This document shows, piece by piece, positions 28,232-37,598 of a stretch of DNA of 64,000 nucleotides. The translations under genes and the position numbers were made by a program. The notes under the pieces were generated by a model, which was not told the DNA's origin, searched no databases, and was given only the letters and a program-made list of their open reading frames with translations. The first letter of the stretch is position 1; each line of letters begins with the position of its first letter. Source of the stretch: Vicinamibacterales bacterium (GTDB lineage: Bacteria; Acidobacteriota; Vicinamibacteria; Vicinamibacterales; UBA8438); the NCBI GenBank assembly GCA_965116825.1, contig OZ220736.1, positions 1,403,888-1,467,887 of the forward strand, in the 5' to 3' direction.

Positions 28232-29348
28232 CCCCGGACCCGTTCAGCTCCTTCTCGATCTCGTCGACGCTCGGCAGACTGCCCTTCAGCTCCTCCGGCA
28301 GCGACTCGACCAGGCGGGTCTCCCATTCGGCGACGCCCATCGGCTTGTCGAAGCCGCGCAGGGCGTACTCCACCACCAGCCGATCCTTGCTCTTGCAGAG
28401 CAGCAGGCCGATGGTCGGCTTGTCGTCGGCGTGGCGCAGCAGGTCGTCGACGGCGGAGAGGTACAGGTTCATCTGCCCGACGAAGGCGGCGTTGAACGGC
28501 ACGGCCTTGAGCTCGACGACCACGTAGCGGCGTAGCTTCAGGTGGTAGAAGAGCAGATCGGCGTAGAAATCCTGATCGCCGACCTCCAGCAGAACCTGCC
28601 GGCCGACGAACGCGAAGCCGGCGCCGAGCTCCAGGAGGAAGCGCTGCACGTGGTCTACGAGAGCCTGCTCGATCTCCCGTTCGGTTCGGGAGGCGGTAGC
28701 GCCCAGGAAATCGAACAGGTATGGGTCCTTGAACACGTGGGTCGCCAAGTCGGAGTCTTCGGGCGGCAGGGTGGCCGGAAAGTTGGTGATCGCCTTGCCG
28801 GTTCGCTCGTGCAGCCGCGACTCGATCTGCACTGCCAGAACGTTACGGCTCCAGCCTTCTTCATGTGCTTTCCTGACGTACCACAACCGGGTCTCGGGGT
28901 CCCGAAGCTTGTTCAGCAGGATCACGTGGTGCGCCCAGGGAATTTCTGCAACAACCTGTTGCACAATTCGGCGGTCCGGCCAGGCGGCGGCGAACGCGCG
29001 CATGTACCGCAGGTTGCGCGGCGACAGCCCCCGCATGTCAGAGAAGGCTTCTCGGAGATCGTCGGAAAGCCGATCGATTACCCTGGCGCCCCAACCCTCC
29101 CGGCCCTGGCGGTCGAGAATCGCTCGCCCTATGTCCCAGTACAGCAGCACGAGCCCCGCGTTGGCCGCCAGCACTACACGCAGGCGTTCCTTGCGAATGC
29201 GCTCCTTGATCTCGGCGAAGGCGGCCGTATAGTCCGCCGGCAGCCGGGCGCGCGACGGCCCGACCGGGAAGGACGCGTCCTCCCGCTGCCGGCCCCGGGA
29301 GCGCCGGTCGTCCGTGTCACTCGTTCGCGATCTGGTTGGCGCCGTCAT
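28218..29348 (-). CDS. YhcG/DUF1016-type PD-(D/E)XK nuclease
   Basis: Typical DUF1016 sequence (LLYWDIGRAI, LSPRNLRYMRAFA, YADLLFYHLKLRRYVVVELK). Its ATG overlaps the hsdM stop (ATGA). Confidence 0.85.
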   Translation of the reverse strand: MTAPTRSRTSDTDDRRSRGRQREDASFPVGPSRARLPADYTAAFAEIKERIRKERLRVVLAANAGLVLLYWDIGRAILDRQGREGWGARVIDRLSDDLREAFSDMRGLSPRNLRYMRAFAAAWPDRRIVQQVVAEIPWAHHVILLNKLRDPETRLWYVRKAHEEGWSRNVLAVQIESRLHERTGKAITNFPATLPPEDSDLATHVFKDPYLFDFLGATASRTEREIEQALVDHVQRFLLELGAGFAFVGRQVLLEVGDQDFYADLLFYHLKLRRYVVVELKAVPFNAAFVGQMNLYLSAVDDLLRHADDKPTIGLLLCKSKDRLVVEYALRGFDKPMGVAEWETRLVESLPEELKGSLPSVDEIEKELNGSGDANA

Positions 29349-31456
29349 ATCCCCAGCTTCTCGAAGTTCTCCTGGATTCGCGCCGCCAGGACGGCCGCCT
29401 CGGCGTTCAGGTCCGCGAGCTCGGCGTGGATCTCGCGCATCGCGGTCGCGAAGTCGAAGTCCTCGTCCTCCTCTTCAGGGGCGACGCCGACGTAGCGGCC
29501 GGGCGTCAGGCTCCAGTCGTTGGCTTCGATCTCGGTGCGGTCCACGAGCTTGACCAGCCCTTCCACGTCGCGCAGCTCGCCGTCGGGGAAGCACTCGGTG
29601 AGCCAGTGGGCCTGACGCCAGAAGTAGCGGACCTTCCCGAGCTGTTCGACGGCTTCCCGCCGCGCCTCGTCGGCGGCCTTGCGGGCGCGGGTGACGGCGC
29701 GGCCATTCCAGGCGTCGCCGGATTTGGCGCCGCACTCCTCGCAGGTCTCGATCAAGCGGGCTGCAGCCTTGTAGAGCTGATCGGCCTGCGCCGTGAGGTC
29801 ACGGCTGCTCTCGGCCAGCGGAGCGAACCGGTCCACCAGGTTGTTCAGACCGGCGTTCGTGTCGGGCGTTCGCTCCCACTGTGGAGCCGCCTTGTCGATG
29901 CGGACGCGGAAACGCTCGACCTCGCGCCGGAACCGTTTCTGCTCCCGGCCAAGTTCCGCGAGATGCGCGGCGGACGCACCGGTCTTCGGCAGAGTCTTGA
30001 GGAACGGAGACAGTTCGTCGCTGAGCGGGGCCATCGCGTCGGCGAACTCCGGAAGCGGCCGGCCGCTCTCGCCGTCGTCGCTCTCCCACTCGAAGCACCA
30101 ACCTCCCTCCTCGACGACGCGCCACAGATGCTGGAAGGCGATCTCGCGAAATCGCTCCGGCTCGCCGCGGTAGAGCCGGACGATGGCCAGCAGGTTCTGC
30201 TGCTGCTCGGGGCTGAAGTCGTAGATCTTGCGCGTCACCTTGCGGTAGACGTTGCGCGCGTCGATCATCAGCACCTTGTCGCGGTGCGCCTCCGGCTTGG
30301 CGCGGTTCAGGAACCACAGCTCGCACGGCACGGTGCGGGTGTAGAAGAAGTTCGAGCGGATGGCGATCATCACGTCGACGTCGCCCGTCTCCACCAGCTT
30401 GCGCCGCACCGCGGCCTCGCCGCCGCCGGCGCTCGACGCCTGCGAGGACATGACGAAGCCGGCCCGGCCCGTCTCGTTCAGGTAGCTGTAGAAGTAGCTG
30501 ATCCAGACGTAGTTGCCGTTGCCGACCCGCTGCTTCTTGTTGACGCCGGGCAGACCGAACGGCAGGCGCGGATCGGTCCGCACCTTGTCCGCGTCGATCT
30601 CGTCGACGTTGAACGGCGGGTTGGCCATCACGTAGTCGGCCCGGCCGAGCAGCTCGTGCGGGTCGTCGTAGTAGGTGATGGCCTGCCGGATGTCGCCTTC
30701 GAGCCCGTGGACGGCGAGGTTCATCTTCGCCAGGCGGATGGTGGTGTCGTTCTTTTCGGCGCCGCGGAAGGTGAGCCGCTCGGTCGGACTCCCGCCGTGT
30801 TCCTCCACGGTGCGCGCGCTCTGGACGAACATGCCGCCGGAACCGCAGGCCGGGTCGAGCACCGTGCCGCTGTCGGGATCGAGCACGTGGGCGATCAGCG
30901 AGACTAGCGAGACCGGCGTGAAGAACTCGCCACCGTCGTGCGCCTTCTGGTCGGCGAACTTCGTGAGGAAGTACTCGTAGATGCGCCCGAAGACGTCGCC
31001 GGAGACCTGCTTGAGCTCGTCGGGGTTCAGCTTGCGCAGGAGGTCGCCGAGGACCTCGTTGTCCAGCGCCTGGTACTCGCTCTTGGGCAGGACCCCGCGC
31101 AGGCTGTCGTAGTCCTCCTCGATGGACTCCATGGCGGCGATGATGGCCGCCGCGCGATCCTCGCCGTCCGGCAGGGCGACGAGGTGATGGAACTGCGCGT
31201 GCGGCCGCAGGAAGAGGGCGTTCTTCTGTGAGAAATCCTCCCTGGTGAGTGCCCGCGTCCTGCCGCCTCGCGTGGGCAGACCGGCCGCGATCCCGTCCTT
31301 GACGGCCAGGTAGCGGCTGTAGGCGTGGCGCAGGAATACGAGCCCCATGACCGGCAGGAAGTACTCGTTGCTGGCGTGCTCCGAGTTGGCGCGCAGCGTG
31401 TCGGCGGCGCTCCAGAGGCGCCGTTCGATGGCGTCGATGTGCTCGAGCTGAGGCAT
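29345..31456 (-). CDS. hsdM: Type I R-M DNA methyltransferase subunit (long form)
   Basis: Start chosen at MPQLEHIDAIERRLWSAADTLR, the HsdM N-terminal domain. Motif I LDPACGSGGMFV. Motif IV VMANPPFNV. C-terminal DWSLTPGRYVG motif. Confidence 0.9.
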   Translation of the reverse strand: MPQLEHIDAIERRLWSAADTLRANSEHASNEYFLPVMGLVFLRHAYSRYLAVKDGIAAGLPTRGGRTRALTREDFSQKNALFLRPHAQFHHLVALPDGEDRAAAIIAAMESIEEDYDSLRGVLPKSEYQALDNEVLGDLLRKLNPDELKQVSGDVFGRIYEYFLTKFADQKAHDGGEFFTPVSLVSLIAHVLDPDSGTVLDPACGSGGMFVQSARTVEEHGGSPTERLTFRGAEKNDTTIRLAKMNLAVHGLEGDIRQAITYYDDPHELLGRADYVMANPPFNVDEIDADKVRTDPRLPFGLPGVNKKQRVGNGNYVWISYFYSYLNETGRAGFVMSSQASSAGGGEAAVRRKLVETGDVDVMIAIRSNFFYTRTVPCELWFLNRAKPEAHRDKVLMIDARNVYRKVTRKIYDFSPEQQQNLLAIVRLYRGEPERFREIAFQHLWRVVEEGGWCFEWESDDGESGRPLPEFADAMAPLSDELSPFLKTLPKTGASAAHLAELGREQKRFRREVERFRVRIDKAAPQWERTPDTNAGLNNLVDRFAPLAESSRDLTAQADQLYKAAARLIETCEECGAKSGDAWNGRAVTRARKAADEARREAVEQLGKVRYFWRQAHWLTECFPDGELRDVEGLVKLVDRTEIEANDWSLTPGRYVGVAPEEEDEDFDFATAMREIHAELADLNAEAAVLAARIQENFEKLGI

Positions 31457-31470
31457 GTCCGTCCGCAAGT

Positions 31471-33846
31471 CTATTCCGCCGCATCGACCTCGGAAGCGGT
31501 CACCGCCGCGCGCAACGCGGCGAGCTGCGGCGCGCAGTCCGCGAGTTGCTCGCCGCCGGGCGCCGCCTCGATCAGCCCCTGCATGCACGACACGTCCTCG
31601 GCGTATTCGGCCAGACGCCGCTTGTGGCTCGCGCGGGTCTTGGTGCACACGAGCGTGAACGGCCGGCCGCGGCGTTCGGTCACATGCTCGATATCGAGTT
31701 GCTGACCGTCGATGATCTGGTGCAGGTGCGCGCGCAGGTCCTTGCGCAACGGGAACCGCGCCGTGCGGGCCGTCGGGTCCTTGCAGAAGTCCCGCAGCCG
31801 GTCGCAGTGTTCGCAACGGCAGCCGTCGTTGGCGGCGATGGTCCAGTCGGCCGGCGGTGTGGGCGGTTCCGCGCTACGCGCCAGCAGAGAGTCGGCCGCA
31901 TACCGCCACAGCCGCGCGAAGGCTGCGCTGCCTGCCGCCCCCTCCTCGGCATGCAGCTTCGCCAGCACCGCCGGCAGCGCGCGGTCCGGCGCGACGACCC
32001 GCGGCTCGGCGGCCACGGCGCCGGCGGCCGCGGCGGCCGCGTCCGGCAACCCCAGCCGCCAGGCCAATGCGAACAGGTGGTAGACGGCCGTCTCGCTGAA
32101 TCGCGTCGGACGCCGGGAGGCCGTCCACGGGACGTCCTCCTCGGGTTCCGGCGGCAGCGCGGCGGGCAGCGCCCCCAGGGCTGCGCGCACCGTTTCCCGC
32201 AGTACGACGTCCCAGTCCGGGTCGGCAGCCGCTCGGTGCGCCTCGTCGAGGCGCCACAGCAGACCGAGCATGGCCGCGGGCCGCCGCCGGAGATGCGCGC
32301 CAATCATGTCGAGCAGGAAGTACTCCCCACCGGGCGGTCCCAGCATGTCCAGCACGGCGGCCAGCGCTTCGTTCTCGCTCCCGTCGTAGCAGGCCACGAT
32401 CACGTCCCGCAGGAAGCGCGCCGCCCCCCCTTCGTCTCGCGTGTCGCACAGCAGGCGCAGCATGCGCGCGCGGCCCGTCGCATCGGACTCGTCGAAGTCA
32501 TCGCGGCCGGCCGGCCAGATGTCGATCAGTTGCGCCGTGAGCGTCCGGATACGCTCGTCCGTGCCCTCTCCGCTCCAGTCGAGCTGTTCCGCCACCCAGG
32601 CGACTGCCGTGTCGATGCCGCTGTCCGCAACGACGGTGAGCGTCCTCGACTCCGGCCACAGGACCAGCGCGGCGCGGCGGTACGTGCGCTCGACGGTCGC
32701 GCCCTCGTTGCCGGTAGCCCCTTCGACATGCTGTTCGTCCGGCTCGATACCATCGAGCGCGCCGTGCGGCAACCGCTCCTCGGGCGACAGGTCGATCTCG
32801 CCGAACGGCGGACGACCGCCGTCAGGGCCGACCCAGCCGTCCAGCCACTGGCGATAGTCCTCCACCTCCTCCATCTCCACGTCGTCGTCTTCCGATCCAT
32901 CCCAGCCCCAGTCCGCGAATCCGCCCGAATACGAGGCGGCCCCCCATTCCTCGAGATGCAGAATGGCCGCGTGCAGCGCGCAGTCGGCTCGCCCGGCGGC
33001 CGCCGCCAGAATGCGCGCCAGAGCGGCGTCGCGGTTCTTCAACGCGTCGAACGACAGACCCGCCTCGCTGTATTCGTGCTCCAGCACCCAGGCGAGCTTC
33101 TCGACCGCGTCCGGCCCGCGCCGCCACGCGGCCAGCCGCCTGGCGAGCCGGTCGACCTGCTGGTCGTAGTCGGGCGCCGTGCGGGGCGTATCGTTGTCGC
33201 CGGCGCGCAGGCACAGACTGAACACGAGCGACAGGCGGTACCCCTCGGTGACCGGCCTGACCTCGTGTTCGCAGTCGGCGTAGAACGCGGCGAACGCCAG
33301 CTCGGACGGCTCGGCTGCGTTCATGTCGATGGCGCGCTCGCGTCCACGGTGACGGACGACGATCTCGCCTCCGGTACCCGCAACGGGCAGCGAAATCGAC
33401 AGCGTGGCGATCATGCCGTCGGCCTTCTCGGTGTCGCGGTGGGAGACGAAGAAGCCTCCCGGCTCGTAGATCAACAGCTTGTAGAGATGGGCGTCCAACC
33501 GGTCCAAGGGGCAGCCGAGGCCGTCGGCCGCCGCGGTCAGGATCCTGCCGAACGTGTCATGCCACCCCGCGCCGGCCAGACGAATGCGTGCGGCGTCTAT
33601 CTGCCGGCAGTCGCGCACGTTCGGGTCGACCACCGTTGCCGGCCCCTTGCCGTACGGCGCGCGTTCCGCGACCGCGATCAGTGCCTGGAGCTGCGCTTCC
33701 GGCACCGGAAACGACAGGGCGCCGGCACCCTTCGCCTCCAGCACCGGCATGGGCGCCAGCAACCGGCCGTGGGCGCAGAAATCGCCCGGGCGGTCGACCT
33801 CCAGGAGCAACTCCTCGATCGCCTGTTCCAGCTTGCCTCGCGCCAC
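31471..33846 (-). CDS. large 2OG-Fe(II) oxygenase-domain protein with a long C-terminal extension ending in a Cys-rich module
   Basis: Double-stranded beta-helix motifs FFVSHRDTEK (HxD) and YADCEHEVRPVTEGYRLSLVF (distal His and Arg). C-terminal GCRCEHCDRLRDFC. GTG at 33846 chosen to avoid overlapping the upstream VOC gene; the start is uncertain. Its stop is 14 nt from the hsdM ATG. Confidence 0.7.
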   Translation of the reverse strand: MARGKLEQAIEELLLEVDRPGDFCAHGRLLAPMPVLEAKGAGALSFPVPEAQLQALIAVAERAPYGKGPATVVDPNVRDCRQIDAARIRLAGAGWHDTFGRILTAAADGLGCPLDRLDAHLYKLLIYEPGGFFVSHRDTEKADGMIATLSISLPVAGTGGEIVVRHRGRERAIDMNAAEPSELAFAAFYADCEHEVRPVTEGYRLSLVFSLCLRAGDNDTPRTAPDYDQQVDRLARRLAAWRRGPDAVEKLAWVLEHEYSEAGLSFDALKNRDAALARILAAAAGRADCALHAAILHLEEWGAASYSGGFADWGWDGSEDDDVEMEEVEDYRQWLDGWVGPDGGRPPFGEIDLSPEERLPHGALDGIEPDEQHVEGATGNEGATVERTYRRAALVLWPESRTLTVVADSGIDTAVAWVAEQLDWSGEGTDERIRTLTAQLIDIWPAGRDDFDESDATGRARMLRLLCDTRDEGGAARFLRDVIVACYDGSENEALAAVLDMLGPPGGEYFLLDMIGAHLRRRPAAMLGLLWRLDEAHRAAADPDWDVVLRETVRAALGALPAALPPEPEEDVPWTASRRPTRFSETAVYHLFALAWRLGLPDAAAAAAGAVAAEPRVVAPDRALPAVLAKLHAEEGAAGSAAFARLWRYAADSLLARSAEPPTPPADWTIAANDGCRCEHCDRLRDFCKDPTARTARFPLRKDLRAHLHQIIDGQQLDIEHVTERRGRPFTLVCTKTRASHKRRLAEYAEDVSCMQGLIEAAPGGEQLADCAPQLAALRAAVTASEVDAAE

Positions 33847-33877
33847 GGCCCTCCCCCGGTCCTTCGACTGCCACCGC

Positions 33878-34309
33878 CTATCCTGACCGCGGGGGCGTGT
33901 GGACAATCTCGTACTTGATTCCCTCGAGGTCCTTGAAGAAGAGCGCATAGTAGCCCGGCGGCACGTACTCCGGGTACTCCCGCGGCGGGTTCACGATCAT
34001 GGCGCCGATCTTCGTCAACTCTCGATGCAGCCGATCGACCTCGGCGCGGGACGCCGCCCTGAACGCAAGGTGGTGCAGCGCGCCGGGTCTGCGGCGATTG
34101 ACGGCATCGTCGCGAAACGCGCTTCGCGGCGAGTTGATGGCGAAGCCCAACCGCGGATGCAGGTATTCGACGACGTGCAGCTCGTGATCCTCCAGCACGG
34201 CGCTGTTCCTGCTCTTGAGGTCGAAGCCGAGGAGCGGAAGGAGCTTGTCGTAGAACGGCGCCGCGACGCGCATGTCCTGCACGGTGATCTCGATATGGTC
34301 GATGATCAT
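33878..34309 (-). CDS. VOC/glyoxalase-family protein
   Basis: MIIDHIEITVQDM...HHLAFRA...YALFFKDLEGIKYEIV is a typical VOC fold pattern. An internal ATG was chosen. Confidence 0.75.
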   Translation of the reverse strand: MIIDHIEITVQDMRVAAPFYDKLLPLLGFDLKSRNSAVLEDHELHVVEYLHPRLGFAINSPRSAFRDDAVNRRRPGALHHLAFRAASRAEVDRLHRELTKIGAMIVNPPREYPEYVPPGYYALFFKDLEGIKYEIVHTPPRSG

Positions 34310-34532
34310 GGCGCCGAGCGCCGTGAACCCACTGGAACGCAACGTCGTGCTCAATCCGGCGCACCCGGACTTCAACAAGGTGCGACCCGGCGCGATCCGG
34401 CCTTTCATCTTCGACCGCCAGGCTGGCCGTGGAGTGATGTAAGCTGTTCTGATGCGGAGCTTTCCAGGCTCTCATGACCCGATTCGCACGGACCTGCCCC
34501 TTCTTCGATAGACACGAGACAAGAGACCGACG

Positions 34533-35528
34533 ATGCACAGAAACGCCTTCGCCGCCTTCTGCACCCTGATGCTCCTCCTCGCACTGGCCGCGCCGGCCGC
34601 GCTGGCCCAGACGGGCGACCGGACGATGCCCATGCGCACGCCGGACGGACAGCCGGACGTCTCCGGCACCTTCACCTTCCGCACACTGACGCCGCTGCAG
34701 CGGCCGGAGCAGTTCGAGGGCGTGGAAACGCTCGGGGCGGAGGAAGCCGCGCAGTTCGAGGCGTCGGAGCGCATCCGGCGCAACCGCGACCTCTTCGATC
34801 CGGAGAGGGGCGCGCTCTTCTACCGGCCGCGGTCCGAGGGCGGCGTGCTCTCGTACAACGAGTTCTGGTACGAGCGGGGGATCGAGCTGACCTCCGACAA
34901 GCGGACCTCGCTGATCGTCGATCCGCCGGACGGGCGGCGGCCTCCCCGCACGCCGGAAGCCATCGCGCGCGGCCGCGAGCGGGCGGCGTACCGGCGCGAG
35001 CACATGTACGACTCCTACGAGAACCGCAGCATGTTCGACCGCTGCATCATGGGCTTCAACGCGGGCCCGCCGATGACGTCCGGCACCTACAACAACAACG
35101 TGATGATCTTCCAGGCGCCCGGCTACGTGGCCATCCTGAACGAGATGGTGCACAACGCCCGGATCATCCCGATCGACGACACCGCGAAGCCGCCGTTCGC
35201 GCAGCGCAGCGGCGTCTCCCGCGCCCACTGGGAGGGCGAGACGCTCGTCATCGAGACCGCCCAGTTCGCCGGCGGAAGCAGCAGCCTCTCGTCGACCGAC
35301 ATGCACCTGATCGAGCGCCTGACCCGGATCGATCCCGACACGGTGGCCTACGAGTACACGGTGACCGACCCGACCGTCTACACCGCGCCCTACACGGTGA
35401 TGATGCCGTTCCGGCGCACCGACGGGCCGCTCTTCGAGTACGCCTGCCACGAAGGGAACTACGGGCTGCACGGCATCCTGGCCGGGGCGCGCCGGCTGGA
35501 GCGGCTGGGCCGGGAGCTGCGTCCGTAG
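34533..35528 (+). CDS. secreted protein of unknown function
   Basis: Clear signal peptide (AFCTLMLLLALAAPAALAQ). High-complexity sequence. No family recognised. Confidence 0.6.
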   Translation: MHRNAFAAFCTLMLLLALAAPAALAQTGDRTMPMRTPDGQPDVSGTFTFRTLTPLQRPEQFEGVETLGAEEAAQFEASERIRRNRDLFDPERGALFYRPRSEGGVLSYNEFWYERGIELTSDKRTSLIVDPPDGRRPPRTPEAIARGRERAAYRREHMYDSYENRSMFDRCIMGFNAGPPMTSGTYNNNVMIFQAPGYVAILNEMVHNARIIPIDDTAKPPFAQRSGVSRAHWEGETLVIETAQFAGGSSSLSSTDMHLIERLTRIDPDTVAYEYTVTDPTVYTAPYTVMMPFRRTDGPLFEYACHEGNYGLHGILAGARRLERLGRELRP

Positions 35529-35686
35529 GGACGGGTGCCGTGTTGTCGTGAGAGACCGTGCCGTCGTGAAGTACGGCGACGGCCTGGACCGACATCCTGT
35601 CTCCCGCCGTCGTGATCGCCGTCGTCGTATCGCTGTGGCGACAGACCAACAGCCGGCTCGACGTGCTGGCGGAAAGAGAGACACCG

Positions 35687-37498
35687 ATGCGAGCACTCGA
35701 GCGCCGATGGGTCCACCTTGCAGTTGCGGCGTTCGCCGTGGCTGCGATCGCCGGCAACCCGAGCGCGAGCGCCGGGCAGCAGGGCATCACCACCCGCACG
35801 GGGCCGCCGCCCGCGATCACCGGCAGCGGCCAGACCAACTGGGCGAGCCACAACCTGGACCTCTACAACCAGCGGTTCTCGGAGCTCGACCAGATCGACA
35901 CGGAGACCGTCGGCCAACTCCAGCGGCGCTGGTCCTACGACGCGGCGCCCGGGCTGAACGTCGGCCAGACCACGCCTCTGGTGGTGAACGGCGTGATGTA
36001 CATGCACGCGGGAGCGACCGTGCTCGCCGTCAACGCGGTGACCGGCGCCGAGATCTGGAAGCTGGAGATCGACGGCGTCACCGGCGGCCCGGTGCGCGGT
36101 CCGCTCTACGTCAACGGCACGCTCTACTCGTACCACGGCGACAAGCTGGCGGCGGTCGACGCCGAGACGGGTGAGCTCGTCGAGACGTTCGGCGACGGCG
36201 GCGTGCTGCCCGTCTTCAGCCTGGCCCTGGCCAACAAGTACCCGGACACCTATCCGCCCGGCTTCGACGCCTCGTCGCTCAACTACCGCATCAACAGCTC
36301 GCCTGCCTACCACGACGACACGCTCTACGTCGCCTCCGCGATCTCCGAGGGCAACATTCCCGGCGGCCTCGTGGTGGCCGCCGACGCCACGACCGGGCGG
36401 GTCAAGTGGGTGTTCAACACGATCCCGCAACGACCGCAGGACCAGGGCTGGGAGATCGCCGAATCGACGTGGGGCGAGGGCAAGCGGGTGGGGGCCGGCG
36501 TCTGGACCCAACCGGCGATCGATATCGAGCTCGGGCTGGTCTACTTCAACACCGCCAATCCGAACCCGCCGTACGACGGCTCGGCGCGGCCCGGGGCGAA
36601 CCTGTTCACCAACTCCACGGTCGCCCTCGACCTGGAGACCGGCGCGCTGCGCTGGTACTACCAGACCATCCACCACGACCTCTGGGACTGGGACAACGTG
36701 ACCGGTCCCGTCCTCTTCGACGTCGAGCGCAACGGCGAGCTCGTCAAGGGGATCGCGGCGGCGGGCAAGAACTGCCTGCTCTACCTGTGGCGCCGCGACA
36801 CCGGCGAGCCGATCAACCCGATGGTCGAGACGCCCGTCCCGACCGAGACGAACGTGCCGGGCGAGGTGGTCTACCCGACCCAGCCGATCCCGCACAACGC
36901 GCGCGGCGTCCCGCTGACCCCGTTCTGCGCGACCTACCTCGACCTCGGCGACCCCGAGCTGCAGGCGCAGGCGCGCCAGATGTACACGCCCTACTCCACC
37001 GACGAGCACTACATCGTGGCGCACGGCGGATCGAGCTTCGGCTCGCCGTCGTTCAGCCCGCGGACCGGCCTGCTCTACATCACCGGCAAGAACGCGGGCG
37101 TGTCGCTGCTCGTCAAGCCGCTCGGCGACAGCCTCGAGCTGGGGCAGGGAGGCGGCCACCGGCGCAACCTGACCGAGATCAGCCGCATCCCCGAGTACCC
37201 GCCGACGATGACGGTGACCGCCTACGAGCCGGCCAGCGGCGAGGACGTCTGGCAGCAGGTGCTGCCGGCGCTCACCTTCGGCGCTTCCAGCGGCAGCGTC
37301 GCCACCGCCGGCGACCTCGTCTTCCAGGGCACCGAGGACGGCGGTTTCTACGCGTTCGATGCGGCCACCGGCGAGCAGCTCTTCCACTACGACGCGGGGC
37401 GCACGATCCGCTCCAGCCCGCTGGCCTACGAGGTCAACGGCACGCAGTACGTCGCGGTGATCGCATCGAGCACCGTGCTGGCGTTCGCGCTGCCTTGA
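35687..37498 (+). CDS. PQQ-dependent dehydrogenase (quinoprotein beta-propeller)
   Basis: Signal peptide. Repeated A-x-D/N-x-x-T-G-x-x-x-W blades (AVNAVTGAEIWK, AADATTGRVKWVF, ALDLETGALRWYYQTIHHDLWDWD). Confidence 0.8.
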   Translation: MRALERRWVHLAVAAFAVAAIAGNPSASAGQQGITTRTGPPPAITGSGQTNWASHNLDLYNQRFSELDQIDTETVGQLQRRWSYDAAPGLNVGQTTPLVVNGVMYMHAGATVLAVNAVTGAEIWKLEIDGVTGGPVRGPLYVNGTLYSYHGDKLAAVDAETGELVETFGDGGVLPVFSLALANKYPDTYPPGFDASSLNYRINSSPAYHDDTLYVASAISEGNIPGGLVVAADATTGRVKWVFNTIPQRPQDQGWEIAESTWGEGKRVGAGVWTQPAIDIELGLVYFNTANPNPPYDGSARPGANLFTNSTVALDLETGALRWYYQTIHHDLWDWDNVTGPVLFDVERNGELVKGIAAAGKNCLLYLWRRDTGEPINPMVETPVPTETNVPGEVVYPTQPIPHNARGVPLTPFCATYLDLGDPELQAQARQMYTPYSTDEHYIVAHGGSSFGSPSFSPRTGLLYITGKNAGVSLLVKPLGDSLELGQGGGHRRNLTEISRIPEYPPTMTVTAYEPASGEDVWQQVLPALTFGASSGSVATAGDLVFQGTEDGGFYAFDAATGEQLFHYDAGRTIRSSPLAYEVNGTQYVAVIASSTVLAFALP

Positions 37499-37598
37499 TC
37501 ATCTCGAGGCGGCCGTATCAAGGCGGTCCCGCTCGGCCCGACGCTGGAAGCAGTGACGGCCCGCCTCGTGTCTCGAGCCCGCCGATGACGAGGTCGGC

